Positions 52,022-63,065 of a stretch of DNA of 64,000 nt are shown one piece after another. Numbering within the stretch: the first letter of the stretch is position 1; every line of letters starts with the position of its first letter. The notes under the pieces are model-generated. The model saw only the letters and a list, made by a program, of their open reading frames with translations. It was not told the DNA's origin and made no database searches. A program made the position numbers and the translations under genes. The stretch comes from a virus. Taxonomy: Duplodnaviria; Heunggongvirae; Uroviricota; Caudoviricetes. The stretch is from IMG/VR virus record IMGVR_UViG_3300014205_008670, positions 1 through 64,000 of that record; one strand, 5' to 3'.

Positions 52022-53716
52022 ATGGAAAGAAAAGTATTTAATTTTAATTCTATAATTTTAAAAGAAAAAACAATTGAGAAGTATGGATATGATCCTGATA
52101 AGTTTGGTAAATCTTCTTCTAAATTTGTTGTAGCTACTTGTAGATTCTGCGGTAAAGATTCTAATATTAGAAAAGGATTTTTTAATAAGTCAGGGTCTGC
52201 TTGTCATAAGTTATGTAAGATTGAAGAGCAGAAACTAAACTCCCCATTTAAAAGTAAAGAAACTCGTGAGAAGGCATTAAATACAATTAAAGAAAGATAT
52301 GGGGATAGCAGAGAGTCTATAAAGGAAAAGATTTCTATTTCTAAAAAAAATAGTAATGAAAAAACAAAGCAAACTTGTTTGGAAAAATATGGTGTGGAAA
52401 ATGTTTTTCAAGCAAAAGAAGTTAGAAAGAAAATTAAAGAAACAAACTTAGAAAGATATGGATTTGAAAATCCAATGAAAAATATTGATATTGCAAAAAA
52501 GGTAAAAAATACAAATCTAGAAAGATACGGGGTTGATAATCCTTTAAAAAGAGAAGACATTAAAGAAAAAATAAAAGAAATGAATATAGAAATGCATAAT
52601 GATTCTAATATAAATAAATTTGATTTTTTTATACAAAAAACAAAGGTTTCTTGTAGTAAGAATATATCTGGTGGAGAAAATGAAAATCATTTATTATGCA
52701 ATGAATTAAATGGTAATAATTTTTGGGATCTTTTAAAACAGGGATTACCACTAAAAGAAGTTTGTAAGCGATTGAATTTAAACTATCAGTCATGTACTTC
52801 TGTTTTACTGAAAGATGAGTATCGTGAAAAATACTATTCTAACTATACATTTCCTAAAGCACAAATTCAAAAAAAGATATATGATTTATTGGTTTCTTAT
52901 GGGTTTAGTGTTTTAATGAATGATAAAAGTGTTATCAGTCCTTTGGAATTAGATATTTATATTCCTGAAAAAAAATTTGCAATTGAATTTAATGGATCTT
53001 ATTCTCATTCTGAAGCTGCTTTAGACACAACTGAATCTAGAATGAAACATAAGGGGAAGCTTGATTTATGTAGAAAAAATGGTGTTTATTTATTTAATAT
53101 ATTTGAGCATCAGTGGATTGCTCGTGAAAAACAATTTTTGAATTTTATTAAAACTATTTTAGGTTTAAATTCAATAAAGATTGCAGCAAGGAAATGTGTT
53201 GTTGCAAATTATAGCAGTAAAGAATTTATAGACGAAAATCATATTCAGGGATGGGGTGCGAGAACTATTCAATGTTTTAATTTAATATATAACAATGAAA
53301 TAGTTGGATCTATGACAGCTAGTCCTCATCATAGACAAAATGTTGAGGATGGGGTTATTGTTTTAAATCGACTTTGTTTTAAGGATGGATATAGTATTCA
53401 GGGTGGTGCAAGTAGATTATTTAGTGCGTTTTGTATTTGGGCTAAGAATAAAGGTTATACAAAAATATTAAGCTGGAGTGATAATTGTTGGACTGAGGGA
53501 AAGATTTATGAAATTTTAGGATTTAAATTTAAAGAAGAATATAAACCAGACTATTTTTATTGGGACCCTAAAGGTGATTGTTATAGATCAAAACAATCTC
53601 AAAGGAAGGTTTCAAATGGATGTCCTCCAGAAATTACAGAGAGAGATTGGTGTTATAGTCATGAACTATATAGGATATATGATTGTGGTAAAAAGCTTTT
53701 TGAATATACATTATAA
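52022..53716 (+). CDS. homing-endonuclease-like protein with tandem EKYG/ERYG DNA-binding repeats and a PD-(D/E)xK (DUF559-like) domain
   Basis: Repeats TCLEKYGVENVFQ / TNLERYGFENPMK / TNLERYGVDNPLK. Then ELDIYIPEKKFAIEFNGSYSHSE...GVYLFNIFEHQW resembles the Vsr/DUF559 core. Confidence 0.5.
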   Translation: MERKVFNFNSIILKEKTIEKYGYDPDKFGKSSSKFVVATCRFCGKDSNIRKGFFNKSGSACHKLCKIEEQKLNSPFKSKETREKALNTIKERYGDSRESIKEKISISKKNSNEKTKQTCLEKYGVENVFQAKEVRKKIKETNLERYGFENPMKNIDIAKKVKNTNLERYGVDNPLKREDIKEKIKEMNIEMHNDSNINKFDFFIQKTKVSCSKNISGGENENHLLCNELNGNNFWDLLKQGLPLKEVCKRLNLNYQSCTSVLLKDEYREKYYSNYTFPKAQIQKKIYDLLVSYGFSVLMNDKSVISPLELDIYIPEKKFAIEFNGSYSHSEAALDTTESRMKHKGKLDLCRKNGVYLFNIFEHQWIAREKQFLNFIKTILGLNSIKIAARKCVVANYSSKEFIDENHIQGWGARTIQCFNLIYNNEIVGSMTASPHHRQNVEDGVIVLNRLCFKDGYSIQGGASRLFSAFCIWAKNKGYTKILSWSDNCWTEGKIYEILGFKFKEEYKPDYFYWDPKGDCYRSKQSQRKVSNGCPPEITERDWCYSHELYRIYDCGKKLFEYTL

Positions 53717-53951
53717 ATCGTATATTATATCATATATCTTTGAGAGAAACTATATGTCTAAAAGTTTTTTTAATTTAAAAGTCTTTAAAAAAAAAGATAA
53801 AGAAGACAAAGATAAAAATTCTAAAAAAGAAGATCTTAGTCATAAAAAATCATGTTGTTTTGTTAAGAGAGAAGAGACTTTTTCAAAAAACAAATAAATT
53901 ACATTAAATTGTGTTGGTTTATTTTTATTTTAAATAATAATTTAATATACA

Positions 53952-53986
53952 AATAGGACTATTTTAGTCCTATTTTTTATTTTTAC
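53952..53986 (+). terminator. intrinsic terminator
   Basis: AATAGGACT-atttt-AGTCCTATT, followed by TTTTATTTTT. Confidence 0.5.
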
Positions 53987-54077
53987 ATCAATATTATTTT
54001 TAAAAGGATTCTCTTTAGAATAAACGGAACTAAAAAATGTATTTAAAAAAACAAAAGTTTGGCCTTGGGGTTTTTGT

Positions 54078-54509
54078 ATGGCAAAAATAAATTCTATAAA
54101 AATTGTTGTGGCAGAAGATGATGAGGATGATAAGTCTTTTATAATTGATGCTTTTAAAAACCTAAATCTAATAGATAGTGTTAAATTTGTTGAAAATGGA
54201 GAGGAACTTATTAAGTATTTAAAGAAGACAGAAAGGTATCCTGATATTATTTTTCTAGATTTAAATATGCCAATACTAAATGGTATTCAATCTTTAAAAA
54301 TAATAAAGAATGATATAGATTTTAAAAAAATACCAATAATAATTCTTACAACATCAAAAGATCAAGAAGATATTGACAAAACATACGGATCTGGAATTAG
54401 TGCTTATATTGTAAAACCATTTTCATTTGAAGATCTTTTAATGGTTGTAAGAGAAACTACAAACTATTATTTTAACACTGTAACACTTCCATATAGATAT
54501 GAAGAGTAA
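54078..54509 (+). CDS. stand-alone CheY-like response-regulator receiver (REC) domain protein
   Basis: KIVVAEDDEDD (acidic pocket), FLDLNMP (phospho-acceptor Asp), ILTTS (Thr), YIVKP (Lys), all at canonical spacing. Confidence 0.8.
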   Translation: MAKINSIKIVVAEDDEDDKSFIIDAFKNLNLIDSVKFVENGEELIKYLKKTERYPDIIFLDLNMPILNGIQSLKIIKNDIDFKKIPIIILTTSKDQEDIDKTYGSGISAYIVKPFSFEDLLMVVRETTNYYFNTVTLPYRYEE

Positions 54510-54511
54510 AA

Positions 54512-55357
54512 ATGATACGAAAGTCCCAAAGAACAACTCCAAATCTAGAAAATTTAACTGACGAAGAATTAAAACCAAATAAATATGAGGTCTATGATTA
54601 TAACCCGGGAAGAAGCCGTGAATGGATGGGTGTTGTTAATAGCTATAGGTATATTGAAGATATAAGAGTTGGAATGAGTGAGCTTTTTAGTAATGCAAAA
54701 AGCTGTTTATTAGATCTTCCTAAAACAAGGAAAAAAATATATGAATTAGAGTCAATTTTTTTTAATTTCTTAAATTCTGAGGTTAAGAAACCAATAGAAC
54801 AAATTCCATACCCCAAAGGACAATCAGACGAGAATACTCCAACAAGATTAATTAGATCATTTATTGAATTACCAATTCCAGTTTTAGAATTAATTCAACA
54901 TATGAATTATGTACTTTCAAACTTTATGAACAAATCAACTGCCGAAAAATATAGTAATTTTTTTAGAGATGAAATCAGAGATACTTTTGAAAAAGAACTA
55001 TTTTCTCTTGGGAAAAAAGATTTGGATTTGGATGAAGAATTGGATTTTGGTGAAGATTCTGATGTTGGGGGAGAGCAAATAATGGGGGAAGCAGACAAAA
55101 AATTTAATTTGAAAAAAACTGCAAATAAAATTGAAACATTGATAAGTATAAATTCTATTTCAAATGAATCGGATTTTTTAATTGATTTTGAAATAGATCC
55201 AAAAATAGATTCTTTTTTTCAAGACTATGGCGAGAAGGGATATAATGAAATTTTAGATACAATAGAATTTTTAAAAAATGAAATAAAAAGAAACTTTCAA
55301 GAAATAAATAAAAATGCCCTTACTTACAAAAACGTTTTTTCCAATCCTAAAAAATAA
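54512..55357 (+). CDS. hypothetical protein translationally coupled to the REC gene
   Basis: TAAaaATG junction with the REC stop. Acidic middle region. No known motifs. Confidence 0.5.
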   Translation: MIRKSQRTTPNLENLTDEELKPNKYEVYDYNPGRSREWMGVVNSYRYIEDIRVGMSELFSNAKSCLLDLPKTRKKIYELESIFFNFLNSEVKKPIEQIPYPKGQSDENTPTRLIRSFIELPIPVLELIQHMNYVLSNFMNKSTAEKYSNFFRDEIRDTFEKELFSLGKKDLDLDEELDFGEDSDVGGEQIMGEADKKFNLKKTANKIETLISINSISNESDFLIDFEIDPKIDSFFQDYGEKGYNEILDTIEFLKNEIKRNFQEINKNALTYKNVFSNPKK

Positions 55358-55429
55358 AAAGCAAAGGTTTTTACTGTTTTTTTATTGAAGATATAATAAT
55401 TGTAATTCTATTTTTGGAAATACTATTTT

Positions 55430-57877
55430 ATGTCTGAATTATTAAAGAGAATTATTGTTGCCCAAATAGATAATGTTCTTATTGAAGATTTAGGTGAGAA
55501 AGGTGTTTTTCTAAGAAAAAAGGGAGATTCTAGAGATTTATTATCTCAATATGTTGTTGGAAAAAATAAATTTAAATTTACACTGCAAGATATTTGCTCT
55601 TCACGTTCTTTAGATAATTTAATAAAGCGTGGACATTTAAAATTATATGATGAAAATGGTAATGAATTAGGTAATGATGCTGGTGGGGATGCCGAAAAAT
55701 CTACCAATTTAGCAACACTAAAAGATGTTTATGACAACATTGGTGGAAACAATAGCTCTTCAATAAATGACTTAAATGATGTTACTGTAAATTCGCCAGA
55801 AGATGGTGATATTTTAATTTATGGACAATCTTATGATTATGGAATTGAAAGCCAATGGTCTAATATTAATGGATTAGATTATTTTACTGCATTAAATTTT
55901 GGTAAAAGTCCAATTAGAATAGAGGTTTCTGATTCTGATTATGTAATTTCTTCAGATCAAAATTTACATATTGTTTACACATCCTTAACAAGAGAAAGAG
56001 AAGTTACTCTTCCACCAGCAAATAAAGTAAATCAAACGGTAAGAGTTTATGACGAAAGTGGAAGTTGCAGTCCTGAAAATCATATTGATATTACATCTTC
56101 TGGATCTGATGTAATAGAATGTTGTAATAATTATATTATTCAAAATAAATATGGTGTTGTTCTATTTGTTAATAATGGAAATGGTACTTGGAATATTTTA
56201 TCTTCTGAAAAATATTATTCTGCCGGTATAACAGATATGCCATTATTAACAGATAATGGTGATGGAACTGTTTCTTTAGAAAGAGGAATGTGTAATTTAT
56301 ATACTGATGAATATGGTTTTGGGTCTATTTATCCATTTCATATATTACCTAAAACTTTATCATTAACAAATATGTCAAATAATTATATTGTTGTTAACTA
56401 TAACAATGATAGTCCAGAATATCAAGTGATAACTGATGTTTCTTTAATTAATGAAACTACAATGATTCCAGTATATACCATTTACAGATATAATCTTAAT
56501 TTAAATATTTTAAATTGGGATACTTTAGGTATAGCACTCATAAATAAAATACATCAATCTATAGTAAAAACTCAAAGATACAGACTTGAATCAGGATTGT
56601 CTTTATCTGAATCAGGAACAAGAAATGTTGTTGTTACATCGGGAATTGTTTGGACCGGTGCAGTAAAGCATACATTGACATCTTTTAACTCTTCTACTGA
56701 CAATTTATATTTTGTTTATCATTCTGGCGGTGTTTGGCAAGATCCAACTCTTATTAACGAATACAATAATACACAATATGATAATGGCACAAATCTTCAG
56801 ACTCTTTCTGGGGGAAGATATGCTGTTAATTACATTTATAGATCAGTTGTTGATGAAGAATCTGAATGCTTTCTTGTTTTAGGTAATGGAAACTATAGAC
56901 TGCTTGATGCACAAGGAAGTTTACCGCCAACAGATTTGCCTTCATCAATAACATCACACTGTGTTTTAGTTGGAAGAATAATAGTAGAGAAAAGTCAAAA
57001 TGTTGCTTATCAGATAGACAGTATCTTTTCTGCTGCTTTTGCTTTATCAACCAGTGTTGATCACAATGACCTTGTTGGATTACAAGGAGGGGCTGTAGAC
57101 GAATATTATCATTTAACAAATTCTGAACATTTAGGTCTTACAACTAACTTACAAGATACAATAGAAGGGTTAGGTCTTGATCATACAACACTTGCAAATA
57201 TTGGAGCGCATACACACGATGAAATTGATCAGCATATAGATTCTGTTTCAAATCCACATTCTACTAGTGATGCGAATTTAATTGTAACAGATGTTACAAC
57301 AAATAATGTTGGAACTTTAAAACATGGATTTACCCCCAAACTATCTGGTGTAGCAGGGCAATATTTAGATGGGAATGGAAATTGGACAACTCCTAGTGGA
57401 ATTGCAAATGCTTATATTTCTCAATCATTTGATTTAGAAACCAGTATAAATGTTATTCATAACTTTGGAGCTTATCCGCTAGTTCAAGTTTTAGTTAGTA
57501 GTTCTCTTTTTATTCCATTTTCAATTACCCATAATACTGTAAATAATTTTACAGTAACTTTTACATCTCCTATTAGTGGGATTATAATTGCAACTTTAGG
57601 AAGTCCACAATTAAATAATTTTATTGTAACTGCCAATGACTATAATGCAACCAATAGTGATTATATAATAGAGGTTACTGGAATTGGGAAAACAATAACA
57701 TTACCGACAGCACTTGGAATAGAAGCAAAAATATTTATAATTAAAAATAAATCTACAGGTTCTATATTTGTAAACACAACAAGCTCACAATTAATTGATA
57801 CTCAATTAGCTTTAGAACTTATACCATTGGAATCAGTAAGTTTATACTCTAATGGCACACAATATAATATTATATAA
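55430..57877 (+). CDS. tail fibre/receptor-binding-like protein
   Basis: Asn/Ser/Thr/Gly-rich beta composition. Position in the tail block. Confidence 0.45.
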   Translation: MSELLKRIIVAQIDNVLIEDLGEKGVFLRKKGDSRDLLSQYVVGKNKFKFTLQDICSSRSLDNLIKRGHLKLYDENGNELGNDAGGDAEKSTNLATLKDVYDNIGGNNSSSINDLNDVTVNSPEDGDILIYGQSYDYGIESQWSNINGLDYFTALNFGKSPIRIEVSDSDYVISSDQNLHIVYTSLTREREVTLPPANKVNQTVRVYDESGSCSPENHIDITSSGSDVIECCNNYIIQNKYGVVLFVNNGNGTWNILSSEKYYSAGITDMPLLTDNGDGTVSLERGMCNLYTDEYGFGSIYPFHILPKTLSLTNMSNNYIVVNYNNDSPEYQVITDVSLINETTMIPVYTIYRYNLNLNILNWDTLGIALINKIHQSIVKTQRYRLESGLSLSESGTRNVVVTSGIVWTGAVKHTLTSFNSSTDNLYFVYHSGGVWQDPTLINEYNNTQYDNGTNLQTLSGGRYAVNYIYRSVVDEESECFLVLGNGNYRLLDAQGSLPPTDLPSSITSHCVLVGRIIVEKSQNVAYQIDSIFSAAFALSTSVDHNDLVGLQGGAVDEYYHLTNSEHLGLTTNLQDTIEGLGLDHTTLANIGAHTHDEIDQHIDSVSNPHSTSDANLIVTDVTTNNVGTLKHGFTPKLSGVAGQYLDGNGNWTTPSGIANAYISQSFDLETSINVIHNFGAYPLVQVLVSSSLFIPFSITHNTVNNFTVTFTSPISGIIIATLGSPQLNNFIVTANDYNATNSDYIIEVTGIGKTITLPTALGIEAKIFIIKNKSTGSIFVNTTSSQLIDTQLALELIPLESVSLYSNGTQYNII

Positions 57878-57948
57878 AGGAATAAATTAAACAAAAAAGT
57901 ATATTAAATATAAACATTTAATAATTTAAAACTATAGGGTGATTTAAA

Positions 57949-59172
57949 ATGTCTTTTTTTAAAGAAGTAAAAATAAATACTGATAATTCAACTGGTGATG
58001 CTTTTGGTCGTGTAAGAGTTTCAACACCTAAAACTCTTTTTGATGCAAAACAACTTAGTGATAATGCCCCCTTATTTTGGGAGGATGTACAAATAAGTGG
58101 ATCAGGAACGACTAGTACTTATTCTTCCGATAGAGCGTCAAGTGTTATAGCTGTTACAAATGTTACAGCAGGAAGAAGGGTTAGACAAACATATCAAAGA
58201 TTTAATTATCAGCCGGGTAAAAGTACCTTAATATTAATGACTGGCATTTTAAATAAAAGCGGCGGAGGTTCTGGAATAATTAGAAGAATGGGGTATTATG
58301 ATGATAATAATGGTGTTTTCCTACAAGATAGTTCTGGCACATATTCTGTTGTAAGAAGGACCCATGTTTCTGGAAGCCCAGTAGATACGGTTGTCTCTCA
58401 AGCAAGTTGGAATATTGATACTTTAGATGGAAATGGAGATTCTGGGATAACAATAGATTTGACTAAAACAAATATTTTAGTTATTGATTTAGAGTGGCTT
58501 GGTGTTGGTAGAGTACGTTTTGGGTTTAATATAGATGGTATTACATATTATTTTCATCAGTTTTTAAATGCAAATAGCTTAGATTCTGTTTATATGAGCA
58601 CCCCAAACCTTCCTCTTAGATACGAAATAATAAACAGTGGTACTGGAATTGCCTCTGAATTTGAATGTATTTGTACTTCAGTTATATCTGAAGGAGATTT
58701 AGATCCACTTGGAATAAACAGATATGCATCTACAGCGGGTACACATGTTGACGCAAATGTTGAAAATATAATTTATGCTATATTGGGAATTAGATTAAAA
58801 AGTAATTATTTAAGTACAACAATAAATATAAAAAATATTTCTTTATTTGTCGCAACAGCAGACTCTCTAGAATGGATGTTAATTTTCAATCCTACTGTAG
58901 CTGGTGTTTTTACGTATGTTGATGAAACAAATAGTGCTGTTCAGATTGCAAGAGGTGCTTTGGCAAATACAGTAACCGGAGGAATTCAATTTGATGGTGG
59001 ACATATAAATACAGTTGGATCTAGGTCAGAAAAAACAGATATAGATAGCATTTTAAAATTAGGATCTTCTGTTGCCGGTGTTCAAGATACAATTGTTTTA
59101 GCTGTTAGACCTATAGATGGTTCAATAAACATAGATGTTGAAGGCTCCATTTGTTGGAGAGAGTTATTATGA
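57949..59172 (+). CDS. putative tail/baseplate structural protein
   Basis: RBS GGGTGA. Beta-rich composition. Confidence 0.45.
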   Translation: MSFFKEVKINTDNSTGDAFGRVRVSTPKTLFDAKQLSDNAPLFWEDVQISGSGTTSTYSSDRASSVIAVTNVTAGRRVRQTYQRFNYQPGKSTLILMTGILNKSGGGSGIIRRMGYYDDNNGVFLQDSSGTYSVVRRTHVSGSPVDTVVSQASWNIDTLDGNGDSGITIDLTKTNILVIDLEWLGVGRVRFGFNIDGITYYFHQFLNANSLDSVYMSTPNLPLRYEIINSGTGIASEFECICTSVISEGDLDPLGINRYASTAGTHVDANVENIIYAILGIRLKSNYLSTTINIKNISLFVATADSLEWMLIFNPTVAGVFTYVDETNSAVQIARGALANTVTGGIQFDGGHINTVGSRSEKTDIDSILKLGSSVAGVQDTIVLAVRPIDGSINIDVEGSICWRELL

Positions 59173-59705
59173 TTATAGATAAACCAACAATATTAGATTT
59201 CTCAAATTCTCAGCATAATCATTCAGGTGAAGATCAGGGAGGAAAATTAAATTCTTTTGAAAGTATTTCTGGTGTTACATTTGGTGGAAGCGGTTCGTTA
59301 CAAGATGATCAAATTTTAGTTTATGGTTATGGCTATGGATATGATGGGTGGACAAATGTAAACGCTTTAGATTATTTATCAAATATTTTAGATTTTAGTT
59401 TGCAAAATGAGCCAGCATCTTCTGCCCAAGGATTAACTTTACCTATAACATATGTTTCTTCTGGTCCATATACAATTCTTTCTACAGACAAATATATCGT
59501 ATTTACAACTGGGACATATAATTCTATATTTCCTTCTGCTACTGGTTCTGGAAGATATTTATGGCTAAAAAACATAGGGACTGGGGTTATAAGTTTAATA
59601 CCAAATGGAAATGACACAATTGATGAAGAAACTGTTCAAGAAATTACAGAAGGTGATGGTGTTCAAATTACAGATATCCTTTCTGGAAAATGGGCTATAA
59701 TTTAG
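59151..59705 (+). CDS. putative tail structural protein
   Basis: Overlaps the upstream gene. Gly/Thr-rich. Confidence 0.45.
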   Translation: MLERVIMIIDKPTILDFSNSQHNHSGEDQGGKLNSFESISGVTFGGSGSLQDDQILVYGYGYGYDGWTNVNALDYLSNILDFSLQNEPASSAQGLTLPITYVSSGPYTILSTDKYIVFTTGTYNSIFPSATGSGRYLWLKNIGTGVISLIPNGNDTIDEETVQEITEGDGVQITDILSGKWAII

Positions 59706-59714
59706 GAGAAAAAA

Positions 59715-60056
59715 ATGTCTCAATTACAAGGTCCTACAAATATTTTGCTTTATCTTAAAAGATTATTAAAAATGTTAGAAAGTTTAACAGTTGTTGATTC
59801 AAGTCAGAGACAAAGAGTTGTTGTAGATTCTGTTGCAACAGTTTCTTCTGCGACTTTAGCGGCAAGTCAATCTATTTATTTATATAGCGGATCACCGTCT
59901 TCGTCTGCCTATGCTACACCTGCTGCCGTTCCACCAGTAGGTATTCAATATGGTGGTGTAGTTCATGAGGTTAATTTCCCGGTAGATCAAAGATGGGAAA
60001 TGATTGATAGAAGTAGAATAAATTTTACATTAACATGTAGGGGAAAAATTTCCTAG
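59715..60056 (+). CDS. hypothetical protein
   Basis: RBS AGGAGAAAAAAATG. Confidence 0.45.
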   Translation: MSQLQGPTNILLYLKRLLKMLESLTVVDSSQRQRVVVDSVATVSSATLAASQSIYLYSGSPSSSAYATPAAVPPVGIQYGGVVHEVNFPVDQRWEMIDRSRINFTLTCRGKIS

Positions 60057-60065
60057 GGAAAAAAT

Positions 60066-62444
60066 ATGCCATCACTAACAACATCATTGGTAGAAAAGCT
60101 AGACATTCCTGTTTGGGAATGGATGAGATTTACTCCAGTAGCCTCATCTGCATTATCAAGTTTTACAACAAGTAAAACAAAAACAGATAGATATATTTAT
60201 GCAAACTTTGGAGCATCATCATTCTGGAGATATGATACAATTTCAGATTCATGGCAAGAATTAGCATCTCCAATACAATCAATAGGTGTTGTTACTGGAA
60301 ACATTTGTCATTTAAAACAAAAAAGTTATGGCGGATTTATTGCTCAAGTAATAGGAACTCATGCAATTGGTGCATCTACCCTGAAGTGTGCGGGGTTGGG
60401 TGGAAATTTTTTAGTTGGAAAAACCGTAAGGGTAATTTCTGGAGCAGGTAAAGGTCAGGAACGAACAATATCATCAGTAACAACAGAAACCATTCATGAT
60501 TCTGGAGGAGCCTCTTCAGGAACAACCGGAACATTAGTTGATTCGGCAAAATCATGGACAATAAACCAATACCGTGGTTATCAAATAAATATAGACAATA
60601 TGTCAGCTAGCGGTTCGACAGTAAAAAGAGTTATATTATATAATAATGCAACTACAATTACATTCGCAGATACAGCTTGGTTTCCGGTAAAAATAAGATC
60701 TTCAGGATTATCACCTTCAAGCATAGCTGCCGGAGCAAATTATACTATTGAAAGTACAACTTTTGCTGTTAGTTCTCCATGGACAGTTGCATTAGATGAA
60801 ACATCTAATGTTATGTTTGTCGGAGAAGAAGTATATTGTATATCATCTAGTACATCAAACTATTTTTACATATATCAAGTATATTCTACTTTAGAAGATT
60901 GTTGGTATTATTTGTCTCAAAGCGGATTACAGCTTATCGTATCTCTTGGCACTGATACTAATCTAGAGTGTATTGATGAATCTACTGGGGTTTTAGACAC
61001 AGGAACGGCTACTATTGCCTCTACGGTATCAACAGTTGTTGATAGTGGAAAGTCATGGACAACAAATAGATGGGCTAACTATAGGGTTAGAATTACTGCT
61101 GGAACGGCTTTAGGTGAAAATGCGGTTATATTATCAAATGATGGAACTACATTAACAACACTAACTCCATTTTTAGTTGCTCCAGATGCTACGAGTACTT
61201 ATGAAATAATTCCTGATTCTGATAAAAATTATTGGATGAATGCTGGTGCTGGTAATATTTCTCAATACTCAAAAGAGATAGATAATTGGAGTTGGGGGAG
61301 AATATATGATAGTGGTGTTGCCAATATAGGAAGTGCCTCTTTTGGAGGTCAAGGAGTAATTGCTTTATCTTCGATTACTAGATCTGGAGTAACTGCAACT
61401 GCTACAACCGTTTTAAATCACAACTTTAAAGTTGGAGATTCGGTAACAATTGCTGGTGCAACTCATGCAAATTACAATGGAGCATTTGCAGTTGTTTCTG
61501 TTCCTTCACTAACAACGTTTACATATACTATGATTGGAGATCCGGGGGCTAATGCCACGCTTCTTTCTGCTGTATCAAGTACTGTAATTCCAGATTCTTC
61601 AAAAAACTGGGTAGTAAATTCATTGGCTGGAAAAATAATAATATATTATACAGGAGCAACTTCACTACAGACTAATAGTGCTAGGACTATTATCTCTAAT
61701 ACTGCAAATACAATTACTGTAACACAGGCAGTAGGTGCTGGTGGTGCAAATGGCGCTTCAAGATATGTAATTACAGATGGTCTTGGGTTTGGATATGCCT
61801 CATATGGAACCTGTAGTGGTGCTGGAACGTCAACAACCCTCAATGATGCTGCACAGTCATGGTCTACGAACCAATATGTTGGACATAGAGTAAGGGTTAT
61901 TTCTGGAACTGGTTCTAATGAAATGACAATTACTGCAAATACAGCCACATCACTTACCTTTGCTGGAGGTTCTGCAACTGACACCACTTCAAGATATGTA
62001 ATTTATGGAGTATCTCCTCGTTCGGTAGGGTTTAGTTTTATTTGGGCGGATAATGCCACTTACCCAACAAGTGCTGCTGAATCGAAAGGTAGGTATATAT
62101 ATTCTTTCCGTGGAGGAACTATTCCCGGAATTGATAGATATGACATATCTTCTATGCAGTGGTTTCCATTACAGCCAATACCCTCTGTTGGTCAATTTAC
62201 CACCGGAAGTCAATATACGTATGATGGAGTAAATACTATCTATATGGAAAAAGATAGTACACAAAGAATGTTTAGATACAATATTGGTGATAACAGTATT
62301 GAACCAACTGGAACTGCCCCATTCCCGGGAGCAACTGCTGTTGCTATGAATAGATTTGAAATAATAAATGTTAATGGTTTAATATATCTATATTTCAATA
62401 GACATTCGTCTCAGGAATTTTTTAGATGTTTACAGTGGTGGTAA
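60066..62444 (+). CDS. tail fibre/spike-like protein (Ser/Thr/Gly-rich repeats)
   Basis: Repetitive T/S/G/A-rich beta-strand pattern with recurring ...SWTTN.W.NYRVR... style units. Local GC is higher. Confidence 0.5.
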   Translation: MPSLTTSLVEKLDIPVWEWMRFTPVASSALSSFTTSKTKTDRYIYANFGASSFWRYDTISDSWQELASPIQSIGVVTGNICHLKQKSYGGFIAQVIGTHAIGASTLKCAGLGGNFLVGKTVRVISGAGKGQERTISSVTTETIHDSGGASSGTTGTLVDSAKSWTINQYRGYQINIDNMSASGSTVKRVILYNNATTITFADTAWFPVKIRSSGLSPSSIAAGANYTIESTTFAVSSPWTVALDETSNVMFVGEEVYCISSSTSNYFYIYQVYSTLEDCWYYLSQSGLQLIVSLGTDTNLECIDESTGVLDTGTATIASTVSTVVDSGKSWTTNRWANYRVRITAGTALGENAVILSNDGTTLTTLTPFLVAPDATSTYEIIPDSDKNYWMNAGAGNISQYSKEIDNWSWGRIYDSGVANIGSASFGGQGVIALSSITRSGVTATATTVLNHNFKVGDSVTIAGATHANYNGAFAVVSVPSLTTFTYTMIGDPGANATLLSAVSSTVIPDSSKNWVVNSLAGKIIIYYTGATSLQTNSARTIISNTANTITVTQAVGAGGANGASRYVITDGLGFGYASYGTCSGAGTSTTLNDAAQSWSTNQYVGHRVRVISGTGSNEMTITANTATSLTFAGGSATDTTSRYVIYGVSPRSVGFSFIWADNATYPTSAAESKGRYIYSFRGGTIPGIDRYDISSMQWFPLQPIPSVGQFTTGSQYTYDGVNTIYMEKDSTQRMFRYNIGDNSIEPTGTAPFPGATAVAMNRFEIINVNGLIYLYFNRHSSQEFFRCLQWW

Positions 62445-62459
62445 TTTTATGGAGACTTT

Positions 62460-63065
62460 ATGACATATTATATAAAGATTAATAAAATTAAATTTGGTCA
62501 AGATACTTTCATTTCTCCTGATTTAAGTAAGTATGATAGAATATATATACAACAAGTTATCGGTCCAGAAGAGTTATCTTTTTTGTGTATATTTGAAATG
62601 ATCGCTCCATTTCCAAATTTAATAAATGATTTTCCAGAAAACACTATAACTTTCTTAACGCAACAGGAGGCTGTTGATTTTGCTAATCAGTTATTTCCTC
62701 CTCGCTTTGAATTTAATGAAATGATAAAAACATCTTATTTTTCTTGGGAAATAAAACAAGACGGAACATTAGAACAGCCATCTTTTAATAGTCCAAAATT
62801 AACTTCTGTGGAAGAACAGATTTTAAACAATAGAGATGAAATTTTTATTACGGCAGTAAATTACATAAAATCCAATCCAACTGTAACCGATGCGGAAATT
62901 TTACAAATTATTCCAGACACAGGAATAGTTAGAGTTCAACTACTTCTAGGTTCATATATTTTTAATGCTTATAGTAAGGGAATTATACTACATCCGTCTT
63001 GGGATTGTCTGAAAGAGCTAATATTAAACAATACAATTGAGGAGTTAAAAAGATTAGAAGTTTAA
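62460..63065 (+). CDS. hypothetical protein
   Basis: ORF with a plausible start. No motifs. Confidence 0.45.
   Translation: MTYYIKINKIKFGQDTFISPDLSKYDRIYIQQVIGPEELSFLCIFEMIAPFPNLINDFPENTITFLTQQEAVDFANQLFPPRFEFNEMIKTSYFSWEIKQDGTLEQPSFNSPKLTSVEEQILNNRDEIFITAVNYIKSNPTVTDAEILQIIPDTGIVRVQLLLGSYIFNAYSKGIILHPSWDCLKELILNNTIEELKRLEV

Noticed and set aside
54061-54077. GGCC element immediately upstream of the REC gene as another promoter of the GGCCA family
   Set aside because: It is only 17 nt from the start codon, too close for -35/-10 spacing. It is more likely part of the 5' UTR/RBS region (TTGGGG).
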